64,000 nt of DNA, from assembly GCA_964016885.1 (NCBI GenBank), contig OZ024741.1:290160001-290224000 (forward strand). Reading direction: 5' to 3'. Both the position numbers and the translations under genes were made by a program. Each line of letters opens with the position of its first letter. Position 1 is the stretch's first letter. Shown piece by piece: positions 1 through 14,885 of the stretch. This stretch comes from Eledone cirrhosa (Eukaryota). The notes under the pieces were generated by a model. That model made no database searches, was not told where the DNA came from, and saw only the letters and a list, made by a program, of their open reading frames with translations.

Positions 1-110
1 GCACGTATATGTATATATATATATATACGTATATGTATATATATATATATATATACGTATATGTATATATATATATATATACGTATATGTATATATATAT
101 ATGTTGTACA

Positions 111-250
111 TAGAAATGGCTTCTACAGGACTAGAACTGTTTCATTCGAAGGAAAGAGTCCTAGTCCCGTAGAAGCCATTTCTATATTCAACATTTATAC
201 TCTATGTATTGAGTACTTTATTTACTGTGGTTACCACCCATTGAATCCGA
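111..250 (+). mobile_element. Short foldback element (Penelope-like remnant) in (TA)n
   Basis: Inverted repeat 111-184 (tagaaatggcttctac...gtagaagccatttcta) followed by a tail with the tactc...ttgagtac motif shared with other foldbacks in the window. Confidence 0.55.
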
Positions 251-362
251 GATACACGCGCACACATACACACACAGACGCATATATTTTTGTATATACA
301 TACATATATATATATATATATACATATATATGTATGTAAATATATAAAACACACGCACATAC

Positions 363-421
<59 letters not shown>

Positions 422-653
422 TGGATTGAGAGGAGGGGCTGTGTGGTTATTGATAACGGGTAGTTACAATGTAAGGAGATACAAACAAGAGATGGACAGT
501 CTCCTTTCGTCAATAATTTACTACGGGTCACGGATGTTTCGGCGCATTAGAAACTATACATCCTTCCTTAGCGCGCCCATAGACTTTTATCTTTCAAAAG
601 GCCAAGAGAGAAGAAAAGAAAGAAGAAAAAGAGAAGTAAACGTACCGATAGAA

Positions 654-688
<35 letters not shown>

Positions 689-769
689 TAAATTACACCT
701 CTGTTATTTTATGATTTGGTTATAGCTTCCATTTCACGACATTCCGATCTCCCCTACCATACACTTTAT

Positions 770-2400
770 TTAAAGGAAGTGAATGATTCTATGAAACAAA
801 TGTCTTTATGCAATGTCCCAGATAAAGATGACATTTATTCAGAAACGCAATGTGGATGTGGTGCCATAGTCAGGATCTTTTCTCTTGCCAGGTTGTTGAA
901 AGAGTCGGAGAAATAAAACTGGAATTGTATGAGTTAATTGACGTTACTAAGGCTTCGTCACTGTAAACCGTGAAGTTCTCTGGAAGGTATTCTGTAAACG
1001 TGGAACTCCTGAAAAAATTATTAACATCATCATATCCTTTCATCGGGAATTGCAAGCTGCTGCATTGTCAGATGGCGAATTGTTAGGTTCTTTTGACATC
1101 ACATACGTTACAAAACAAGATTGCGTCATAGCTCCATTGTGTTTTGCACGTTTCATCTCTATAATGCTAAATCTTTCATATGGTTATATGAACACACGAG
1201 TAAGGGAGTAAGGAGGCAATTTCATATAAGCGGTGGACTTACCAACCACCAGAGATTCTAGTCTAAAAGACAAGTGGCACCTAGTATTATTCGTAATAGG
1301 CTGTTTGCGGATAATGCAGTACTCATTGTGATATCATTCGAAGATTCTCAAGTACACGTAAATCGTTTCGCAATCTGCAGCAAAGCTTTCGATCTTACTG
1401 TCAGCATATAGAAGACTGATGCTATCCATCAACCAACCACCACACCCAAAGAGACAAGCGGAGCCAATCACGAATAACCAGTTCACTAGTTTCCATTTAC
1501 CCCTATTAACATAGAATTGAAGCATCTCAAATATAATTCAATTACAGACTTGGTCAACAAATCGAACTGAAATGGATCTCTTCATGAGATTGTCCATTAA
1601 ATTTTCATAGCTACCAGTGCATTTGGTAAACTCCATCATCGATTGTGAATTGAGAGGAGCATATAACTTCAAACCAATATTAAAGTTTACAAAACCGTTG
1701 TTCTTACCACACATTTGTTTGGATCTGAGCCCTGGACTCCTTATCACACAAACATAAATTAACTAGATGAGTTCCGCAAGAGTTGCCTTCGTATAATTAG
1801 TGGTTAAACACTTGAAGATGCTGATCTTTTTACGATGTATAAAATTTGAGGTACCGAAACTTTGTTGCATGCATCTGAGACGTAGGTCACTTACCGAAGA
1901 AAACTGGAAAGGTTGAATCACATACACCAAAAGTGTCGTCCACTGGAAAATGTATGTGAGTGACACTGAAGATCTCGAACGCAGTTGGTTTACCAGTATA
2001 GAGTCTCTCATATTTCAGCATCGATTAAGATGGAGTGGTAATGTAGTGCGAATGGATGATGTTCGCATCCCTAGGCAGTTGCTGTATGTTGAGCTGGTCG
2101 AAGGTAAACGACAGGCGCACATTCCGAAATTGAGGTACAGTGACTGCATAAAACGCACACCGGGGAAGATAAAAATGTCAGAGAAGCACTGGGTGCACCT
2201 CGTTCTAGATCAACTTTCATTGAGGAAGGCAGTACATGACAGGAGAGAATTTTAAATAAACCGTATTGAACATGAACAGCTCAAGCGGTTGGATTGTAAA
2301 GGCATTGAATTTGGTTTATCTAAGTATCTTGGTATGCAGGTTGATCTAATGTGGTCGGTTATGTCTAAGTAGAGTGGGCCTTGGTTGGAAGTCAACGGGG
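770..2400 (+). mobile_element. Decayed RTE-clade LINE (RT and C-terminal part, many stops/frameshifts)
   Basis: ORF 1950-2255 (HRLRWSGNVVRMDDVRIPRQLLYVELVEGKR) is colinear with the intact RTE ORF (QRLRWSGHLARMKDSRIPKQLFYGELVKGKR); LFADNA (YADD-like) near 1301; boundaries approximate. Confidence 0.85.
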
Positions 2401-2747
2401 AAGCCACGAACACGGGGACATTGTTAACTCTGCTGCATAGTAAAGCATTTCTGTTTGTGGTGAGTGTGCCTCAGTAGATTGACCGAAACGTCATTTGAAA
2501 GGCAATCCAAAATAGTACCGTAACATCTAATGCGAGATGCACCCATTTGCTGCAACATCTTTGTAAGTATGTGCAAGTTGCTAGCAGGAATAAAAAAAAC
2601 ACGAGCGTGCTGCTCATGCTTAGGTATCAAGCATCGAAATCGAGTTGCAGCCATCATATATGTATGTTATCTCTTTCTCTTAATTTCGAGTATATTTTTT
2701 TGACCGGCCACCTTCCTGGTGGCAAGGTTGTAAAAGAAAAAAAATTG

Positions 2748-4135
2748 TCATCCCTTGAATCGCAAGAATGTTTTGCAAATTTTGAAGGTGCCAGCTATCG
2801 CAGCCATTTGTAGACTATGAATTAGGGAGCTGCGCTCTTTGTCCGCAAATCCAAGTTCAGTCATACTTTGGTCCAAGCGGGTTGGTATATAACCCGTAGC
2901 TCCAATAATGATGGGTATGAAGCTAAAGGTGTATCTTGGATACTGGATTTGCAAACTCCTCATCAATGGTCCGTAGAAGTCCTCCTTCTCCTGTATTTTT
3001 CTGACAACGTTTACATCAAGTGGGCAGCTGTTCTCCACAACAGAACACGTTTTCAATGTGTGGTCCCAAACAACAATATTGTGCTTTAATTTGGTGGCAG
3101 TTTTTATTTTCAGGTTCCACCAGTATTCCTTAGTGCCATCTGTCTCAATATATTCTTCCTCGTTTGTTGTTAATTTTGTTTTCCGAAGTGCATCCCATAT
3201 GGTTCTAGCTATCCCATCGTGTCTCCTGGGGAGGTAGTAGCGAGATGACATTCTTTCGCAGCTGGGAACAATGTGGCTTACATCCTCGATCTTTGTTTTA
3301 CATAGCCTACATTTATTGTCAGCTGATGGCCTTCCCCTTTGGTCCAGCAGATATTTGGTAGGAAGTTCTTGTTCCTGTATTGCATAGAGATATTCCTCAA
3401 TGTGTGATGTCATAAACATGTCGGAACTCCATGCCAGGCTTTTTGAGTGGTTTATCCCCTCTATGGTCTGTGTTTTACATCTCAAGTATTCATGCATAAC
3501 TTTTTCTGTAAATTGGTCAATTTTTTCATCTTGTTTGAACATTGAATAGGATCTTCCGATTTCTCTGGATGAGAGATTTATATCAGGCTTTATTCCATAT
3601 CTCTCCTCCAGATCAGTCGCTATTCTAATGATATATTTTTTTTCATGCTCATAAACCTGGGCAAGATGGTTGCGAACCTTTTTCCTATGTTTCACACTTG
3701 GATTCACCAAATTTCATTTTGACGTCTGTTGAAAATTGGTTAATGAGGTCCAATTGTTTCTTGAAATCATTGATATTTGGACCATACAACTTCAGGTCAT
3801 CAACAAAGAAAAGATGGGAGATACTTCTGGACCCATTTCTTTGTCCACCTTGTTTCCTGAGTAGGTAAGATAGTGGATTTAGTGAGAGAAAGAAGAGTAG
3901 CACTGACAAGCTATCACCCTGAAAGATGCCCTTCTCGTAATGTATCTTATCAGTCTTAACTTGCTCCTTCTCACCTCTAAGGATCAAATTGGTGTACCAG
4001 TTCTTGGTTAGACGTTCAACAGCAGCTACCAGTGGTTGTGCGACCTTGGCTAACTGTAAAGCCTTAACAATCCACCCATGAGGTACACTATCAAATGCTT
4101 TTTGATAGTCCAGCCACACCACAGTCATATTTCTG
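2748..4135 (-). mobile_element. 5'-truncated non-LTR retrotransposon with restriction-like endonuclease (R4/Dong-like), disrupted
   Basis: ORF 3685-4128 has RT motifs DYQKAFDSVPH, GIFQGDSLS, HLFFVDDLKLY; ORF 2748-3710 has a CCHC knuckle (CRLC...HIVPSC), RHD motif and RLE-type C-terminus (..PIIIGATG). Confidence 0.85.
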
Positions 4136-4195
4136 CGATTCTATGTATGTATGTATGTATGTATGTATGTATGTATGTATGTATGTATGTATGTA

Positions 4196-4815
4196 TGTCA
4201 GGTCACCAGTTGGTGCTACTGGTAACATGTATCCCAGTACAACCTGTCTCATGGTCGGGTCGTTGGCGACTAAACTGACAACCCTACCAAGGTTACTTGG
4301 TGAGGAGGGTGACTTTGGACATCCTGCAGGACTAAAAACAAAACCTGTCAAAGGGCAAAAGAGCTCTTGGAGTCAATGGCCATCCAAAATCACCGGGAGA
4401 GATGACCCCTTAGCCTTTGTCAAGGCAGAATTCTAGGAGAAGGAAAACTCTGATATAACACCTGCAACCCTGATGGTATCCAATGATGTTGACTTGTTCT
4501 TCTTTTTGGTAAATATCATCTTGGTTAAGAGACTGGGACTGGCTTTGTGCAGTGCCTTTGCTCACTATAAAAGCTTCACGGCACAGGCATTGCTTTATAT
4601 CTGGAGATCTCTCTGCACTTGTCATCACATGGTACTATGGGCCCAGCACTATGTGTCAATAATTGTCACAAGTGTAGTGTTTGTACCAGAGTTTTCAAGT
4701 CGCTGGCTGGACTAAAAAGTCACACTCGTTCCGCGCATCGGTAAGGGTTCTCCTACATGGATATAAAGTAGTGGCTGTACTCGAAAACGAGTTGGCAGCC
4801 ACCATCTATGTATGT
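4196..4815 (+). mobile_element. Short internally deleted RTE derivative, family A (apparently full length)
   Basis: 5' part resembles the 5'UTR of the intact RTE (ttctaggagaagg...gatgttga...cacaggcattgc); 3' part encodes CTRVFKSLAGLKSHTRSAHR* (last RTE zinc finger), then hairpin ggctgtactcgaaaacgagttggcagcc and a (TATG)n-like tail. Confidence 0.85.
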
Positions 4816-5315
4816 ATCTATGTATGAACATATGTATGAATGTATGTATGAATGCATGTATGTATGTATTATGTATGTATGTGTGTATGAATATATGTAT
4901 GTGTGTATGAATATGTATGTATGTATGTATATATGAATGTATGTATGAATGAATGTTTGTATGTATTTATGTGTGCATGCACCAATTAATTTGTTTCAAT
5001 ATATGCATTGTTGAAGTTCGTTCGCCTATATGTGTAACTGGGTGGGACAATTTAACACAAGGTTTCAGCGTAAAATCGGTGAAGGTGTCCTACATTCCAG
5101 ATGTCGAGTATATATATATGAATTCAGGAATTGTTTTGAGAAATTTGTTGTATAACTTAGTTTCTGCTCTGGTTATTACAAAGTGCTGTCTCTCTCCCAA
5201 TCACTCACTCCCCCACTCTCTCTCTCTCACACATACACAGACACACATGCACACACGCATGTAGAGAAAGACGCACTCACATACACACGTTACACACACT
5301 ACACACACTCACACG

Positions 5316-5349
<34 letters not shown>

Positions 5350-5389
5350 CATGTGTGCATGTGTGTCTTTATGTGTGCTCAATCTTTCA

Positions 5390-5430
<41 letters not shown>

Positions 5431-5447
5431 AGTGAGTTTCTTGGTCA

Positions 5448-5798
5448 GTGTCCAAGTCTCAGATCCGTACAGCAGCACAGATCCACATTAATCAGTATAC
5501 ACTGAGGATGAAGAACTCAGAGCTGTATGGGAGCCTCCCAAAAGTCAGCTCAAAAGTGACACACAGGAGACTGAGGTTAGCTGGACATGCTCACCGACAT
5601 CCAGAGTTGACACTGCACTCAAGGCTCCTGTGGGAGCCCCTGCATGGACACACTGGAAGAGGAAGACCGAGATTAACATATGTTGATGCCCTAAGGACAG
5701 ACACTGGTCTCTTGGAGACGCAGGACATGGCAGCGATAATGAGGGACAGAGACCGCCGGAGAGAACTCGTCCATGGATCTCGGGAATTTTACCCGCCT
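5448..5798 (+). mobile_element. 3' fragment of an RTE-group LINE
   Basis: RRLRLAGHAHRHPE..LLWEP..GRGRPRLTYVDAL is a typical RTE-group C-terminal signature; flanked by (TA)n. Confidence 0.75.
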
Positions 5799-5815
5799 TA
5801 TATATATATACAGAA

Positions 5816-5881
<66 letters not shown>

Positions 5882-6401
5882 GGGGGGGGGTAAATAGATA
5901 GGTAGACAGATAGATAGATAGATAGACGCTGTGTATACCTTTTGCGTGTCCTGTATATGCCTTTAGTGTGTCTTTTAAATCTCAAAGACATTTACAGTTA
6001 AATTATGCTCAGATAGGTGTATGACTAGGACTAAATCGAATGCTAGTTATGTTAGGCTATCATTTAGCAGCTAACATAGTTTTGAAAGACCTCCATGTGA
6101 AGGATGAGAAGTCTTTCCAAATTCTATATTGCACTCACTACAATAGAACATAGTATTCTTTATTTTCAACAGGGTTCTTATTTATTTTTAGATGTGTTGT
6201 TTCTTTCATTTCGAATTAAGTTATATATTTTACACTGTTCCTCTCAGGTTGATAAACACCCATGCTATATATATATGAATGTATGTATACTATATTTGGT
6301 GATATACTGTATGTTTAATTAAAACTATTTTGAAGACCTTGCGCTATTATTTTAAAGTAGTGACTATGTCACTTCTTTTTTCAGCAAAGTAAGGGAGATA
6401 A

Positions 6402-6441
6402 GCTGACAGATCGGTTTCACACTGTTGGTGTTCATCAGAGC
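6402..6441 (-). ncRNA. Minimal type I hammerhead ribozyme (Penelope-type)
   Basis: Minus strand reads gct-CTGATGA-acac caaca gtgt-GAAA-ccgatct-GTC-agc: intact core, stem I gct/agc, stem II acac/gtgt, GUC cleavage site. Confidence 0.75.
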
Positions 6442-6543
6442 CTAGTACTTGCCGACCTCTGCCGAAAATTATAGAGGATGAATTCTTATAGAATTCCAGT
6501 AATAATCAGGAACTGATTTATATATATATATATATATACATAC

Positions 6544-6632
<89 letters not shown>

Positions 6633-6633
6633 C

Positions 6634-6789
<156 letters not shown>

Positions 6790-6810
6790 TTATATATATA
6801 TATATATATG

Positions 6811-6995
6811 AAAAAGTTTAACCCCGGCGGCAGAGCTCAAGCAGTTTCGACGGCTAATTCAGAAATAGCCGTCGAAACCGCTTGAGCTCTGCCGTCGGGG
6901 TTAAACATTTTTCCTATTACCCACTCTACTACCCTAAGTATTGAGTACTCTGGTGCGTTATGGTCCATCTGGTTCTTTACTACACTTCCTTCGTT
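6811..6995 (+). mobile_element. Foldback element with tail (Penelope-like, non-autonomous); same family as 16787-16971
   Basis: About 45-bp-arm palindrome 6816-6907 plus about 85-bp tail (ttcctattacccactctactaccctaagtattgagtactctggtgcgttatggtccatctgg) nearly identical to the tail at about 16885-16971; both lie in (TA)n. Confidence 0.75.
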
Positions 6996-7015
6996 ATATA
7001 TATATATATATATAA

Positions 7016-7709
7016 ATAAATAGCTTAGAGTTTAGACTCAGAGAGGTCATTTACAATCATTTCAGCTCTAGGAATCGCTTCTGAGCAGTATAAATTAATA
7101 TTTGATGAACATTTACATGTTATAGTTGCAATTGACTAATAAGATCGCTAGAGTGAAAAATCTTAATTCAACAACATAAGGTCTGCCTGTACGATCTAGA
7201 AAATAATAAATCAATACTCACAGACTCATATGGGCAAAAAGCCTTGGTACCTAGACACGTTTAAAATTCAAAATACAAACTTTTTCCGCAGATCGGTCAG
7301 AACTTCAAACTTCAAACATGTTTCACAAAGGATGGTATAATAGTAAAATAATTAACTAATTAGCAGTGAGTTAATCAACTTTTTCTGTGTTTATCAATAG
7401 GTACCCAGATAAAGATAAAAATAACTCAACCTTAGAAAAATATCTAAGGTCTGGTTAGCGTAGCGAAAATACACGAGGTTTTGCACACGGCTTATTCCAG
7501 TCCTCTAACGTCCCACACATAGTGCTAGAAATAACAGCCGTTTATATGGGATTACAAAATTCAGCTCACCTGGGGGAGCAGTGATAAATAGCTTAGAGTT
7601 TAGACTCAGAGAGGTCATTTACAATCATTTCAGCTCTAGGAATCGCTTCTGAGCAGAATAAATTAATATTTGATGAACATTTACATGTTATAGTTGCAAT
7701 TGACTAATA
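7016..7709. repeat. Segment bounded by 126-bp direct repeats (possible Penelope pseudo-LTR element)
   Basis: 7016-7141 and 7584-7709 are identical except one base (gcagtat/gcagaat); flanked by (TA)n. Confidence 0.75.
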
Positions 7710-8031
7710 TATATATATTGGTAAACGGAATAGAAAATGCTGACAAATTGTTCACAGTTGAAAAATGGTTTAATTAGGAATAAAAGAGTATTAGTGATTG
7801 TATGGGTTAGTATTCAGTCGTGGTTTTAAGTTTTTAAGTTTTTACCGGTTGCGCATTTCTAAATGCTTTTCAAAAATAATTTTGAGATAGAGTGTCCGTG
7901 CTGTTTGCTCTGATCTGATTAGTTTTGGGAATTCTACCTGTTTTTATGTTAAAAAAGTGACTCCAGCGTTATTTTTGTGTTGCAAAAATGCTTGTGGTCA
8001 AAACAATTTTGATTGGTCGGTAGAGGTCATG

Positions 8032-8107
<76 letters not shown>

Positions 8108-9933
8108 CATAAACAACATGCCATTGTGTGACAGTTAAATGGTATACTAAAAGAGGATATCAGTTAACTCATCATATAATAGATACTTCACGTGGGTTCT
8201 TATACTGCTAGATATAACTGCCAAATTTCCCCTAAAGGAATGACATATTGTATAATACATTTCTAGATAAGTTTTACCTGAAGAAGGACCTAATTAATGG
8301 TCATGGATTTAACGGTTTGATGGTAGGGGAGCTCGATACAAGATAATCTAAGTCTAAACAAAAACAAGCAAAACACAATAAAAATACGTTTATAAGCTTG
8401 AGTATATACAAACTATATGTGTCGCTGTTATTGTTGTAAATTTGTTACTAGATATAAAGTTTTTCTGAGTTATTGTATTTGTTGTAGTAAGAAGGTGTGA
8501 AACAAAATACCTAACATGAACGCCTTAATAAGGAAGACAAAAATGTCGAAACATCTTAGAATTGACTTCAATTGATGTGACTAGTGAATAGGTGAATTAA
8601 CACAGACACCTATAATATCCAACTAATCAGTTGCTGCAGTACATTTAGACACATCTTCGAATACAATCAGTTTAACTAACTACGAACAAAACACTAAAAG
8701 GTAGCATCTACAAAAGCCATATTGATTTCTATTAATATAACACTTTGCTGTTCAAACTAGCTGATAGTTTGTAATTTCATTTCACCATTCTTTAAATAGT
8801 TCACATATTTCTGCTTCTGCTTGCCTGTCACCAACTTTCTGCAGACAATACAAAACTATCTCGCTAATCAAGTGTCTTAGCCATTTCAAACACATTAAAC
8901 CAACTAGGTAACTAATGAGAAGGATGGTAAATTGTCGCGCCACCAGCTAGAAACAAAGGTTACCTTCAGGCTCCAATTTAAAGTTTTATTAGAAAGAAAG
9001 GGCCCATTGGATAATGCATTTCGACTTACATGGTTTGTTAAATGAAAATAAAAAGAGCTGGAAATACTTTGGTCAGTGGCCTGCTTGATCAAAGTATCCA
9101 TTGGCTTAAACACCAAAACTATACTATTAAATCGACCACCACTTAAAGTCGAATATGTTTTAGGTGCTTGTGTAGATGTAATCCCTCTTGATGCTCACAA
9201 TGTCAAGACTCTCAACCCTGGTTTGTTTTACGAACGAACGTGAGTATCACGATGTAGTCGAGTTGTTATGAATGGTAGCGATACTTTTATTATACAAAAA
9301 GAAATTCAAACATATTTTGCATTCTTAAATATAGAAACACAATTATACAAAAAGACTTGATACCCACCATCTGTAAGGCGATTGACCATAGATTAGATAG
9401 ATGAGAGTTCATCTTAGGTTAAGCATAAACAATTGATTTGAACTAGACTGTGCAAAACGCCGAGCATCAAATTTACCTGGAACTGATATTCTTGCATTTC
9501 AGCATCAATAAATAGTTTTGCATCATCAATCGAAGGAGTACACTTGGTGAACTCCATAACAAATGCTATGTGATTGTCGTGTAAATTTCCTCGGAGAACA
9601 CAAATAAGGCAGTTTCCCGTTGCTTCCAAGCAGGTATCTTTTTATTATTATTACAAAACAGCATCATATCAACTAGATAGAGACAATTTCACTACACTAG
9701 AGTTGCCTGAACACCAACAATGTAAAAAGCAAAAATAAATACAGTAAAATGTTTTGTTCAATGCTTTAACGATTCCACTTTTCATCCGCTTACAGTTAGT
9801 ATATTATTGCACCCACTCTGCTGAAATACAGATTTGGCCTCGCTGAATAAGAACGTAAAAGGGTGAAGCAAAGTACCGAAGGCATATTTCCGCGGCTGTA
9901 AATAGTCGCGGCTGTAAATAAATGTAAATAGTC

Positions 9934-10080
9934 GGCGAATTGGCAGAGACGTTAGAACGTTCGTTAGAATGTTTTTTAGTATTGGTTTCGGCTCTCTGCT
10001 CTCTCAGTTCAAATCCCGCAGAGGTCAACTTTCCCTTTCATCCATTCGATGTCGATAAAAATGTACCAGTCCAGTCCAGT
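9934..10080 (+). mobile_element. tRNA-derived SINE (Nin-domain type)
   Basis: Box A-like tggcagagacgttag, Box B gttcaaatccc, core gaggtcaactttccctttcatcc...gtcgataaaa..taccagt. Confidence 0.7.
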
Positions 10081-11152
10081 ATTCTCTATTTTCCTAATAG
10101 TTGAAATTGCCTAAATATTAAAACTGCGTACACTTTCCCTTTCCACAATTATACTGAACGCAACAAACAATTAAACACATTGAAATTTTCTTTTTATTCT
10201 TACTGGGTCCAAAGAGAGATGTTAAATAGCATTATCGAGAGAGTAAGAGCAGTGGATTGACACTAACTATAGCCTGTAGGACAACATGCTTTGCTGTATT
10301 TAGTTACCAATTGCTACGTTTTGAGTTCAAATAAAATAAGGTAACTAGGTTATTTTTATTTAAAGTCTGAGATGAGTAATTATAACACTGCAATTGTCTA
10401 AATTATTAGCTTAACCTTTCGAGAATGTTTAACAGTATTAATATTTACTTAACAAGTTGTTCAGTTTGATCCCAATTTGCTACCAGTTGTCTATTCCAAG
10501 ATGTATAAATATCCCCACAATGGATTCGAACTAAGGAAGATTTCAGTAAGATTTCAGTTATCGAAATTATTAATTCATCTTCACACGATGTAAATTTACA
10601 ATTTGTGTATATCTACTGAACCTTTCCGGTGACTGGATCTGTGATCGTTGTATCAAATATATTGATACCTTTTTCAGTCACTCTGTATGGTTGCAGCTGT
10701 CTGGACACGATCGAGGAAACTTTATTTACAAACTCAGGCTAATCATGTTCTATTTCCATAAAGCCACGGTAGCATTGATATTGTGGTGTTCATAATTTCC
10801 ATCAGCAAATATCAATAAATAACGGAAACTTGCATCAAACCAAAATCAAAAAGACCATCGCAATAGCGTCTCGCCTACAGCATACCATTTGCAGAGCTCT
10901 CAATAATATCATCAAACGAAATACGACGACAACAATACAACAATAGCAAGAAAAACAAAACACAAATGCAAACAAAACAAAGCTATTATCAACATAATAA
11001 TCATCACGATAACCAATACCAATACTAATAAAACTATTAAAAACAACGACAGCATCAACACTGATCATAATATTATCACGTAACACGTTAACTTCTAAAA
11101 CTATTCCCAATTTCAGGTAGTTTAGTGTTAAGCGACTGTTATTGCACATGCA

Positions 11153-11304
<152 letters not shown>

Positions 11305-11510
11305 GCGCACACACATACATACACAGACACACACTCGCACACACACATATATATATATATATATATAACGATGTCAGCATTAAATGCTTTTGATCTCCAG
11401 CAATTCATTTGATGACCAAACAGCGTTGTACAGTTCCAAAATTTGCCAGTGGTCACTTTCAGGGAAGGTGACCATTTTATATATATATATATACATACAT
11501 ATCTGTGTTT

Positions 11511-11594
<84 letters not shown>

Positions 11595-12050
11595 GCATAT
11601 TATTACATACATGCAAAGACATACTAAGTATATATATACGATATATTGAGCTGCGGTATGTATATACGCACGCATGTATATATGTATGTATATATGTATG
11701 TATGCATGCATGTATGTATGGGTATAAGCAAACGTAAGTAAATATCTAATGTATCTGTTTATTGCTTTCTCCGTGATTCACATCAGTCGTAAACAATTTG
11801 GTTGTCAGGGAAGAACAATTATGGCCATTTCAACATTATATTGATTTGTAGAAAATATTTTATCACATATATCACAGTAAAATACACATAGACACACACA
11901 AACACATGGGTACACATATACATGCACATACACATAGAGACACACAAACACTTGCACATACGTACATACATATATTATATATATATATATACGTATATAT
12001 ATATATCACTGGAAAGTACACACACAAGCATGTACATACGTTGCATGCGT

Positions 12051-12114
<64 letters not shown>

Positions 12115-12194
12115 TGAAAAATACACACGGACACCCTCAAACATATGCGCATACGAACATATATGTATATATCTAAAGAAAAGTCTAAAGTCTA

Positions 12195-12421
12195 TCTTAA
12201 GCCAGAAGGCCCATTTGGTGGGTGCTTATCCTAGTTTCATGGCGTGAAGTGAATGAGAGTACGCCAGGACGCCAGATCATCGGAGGTTTAAATCCCCCGT
12301 CTATTGCTGGTACACAATTTCAGGTGAGTATACTGGAGTATCGTAAAATGAAGTGTTTTGCTCAAGAACCCACGACATGGTCGTAAGTCCAACACCCTTA
12401 CCTCTAGGCGACGTACCTCCA
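12195..12421 (-). mobile_element. tRNA-derived SINE (same family as 27398-27690), decayed
   Basis: Reverse complement matches the head (gcctagaggtaagggtgttggacttac), the cttgagcaaaacactt core and the tail of the 27398 copy. Confidence 0.65.
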
Positions 12422-12477
12422 CATATGTATATATATATATATACATATACACACACACACATATATATATATATGTA

Positions 12478-12613
<136 letters not shown>

Positions 12614-12623
12614 CTCAAGTATA

Positions 12624-13246
<623 letters not shown>

Positions 13247-13340
13247 GGAGGTGATTTTTATTGTAGTACAATAAAGCAATGCAGATATCGGATAAGAAGC
13301 ACTCTACAGTTTGTAGGACTGGAGTATACATAATATAATA

Positions 13341-14885
<1,545 letters not shown>

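Noticed and set aside
7738-7775. Additional hammerhead-like strings (7738, about 20890-20945, about 21410-21460)
   Set aside because: Core nucleotides or stems are too degenerate to call.
8900-9720. Possible host exons (GT/AG-like sites on both strands; ORFs 8904-9116 and 9414-9629)
   Set aside because: The best acceptor leads to stops in all three frames and no peptide is recognisable; not supportable without transcripts.
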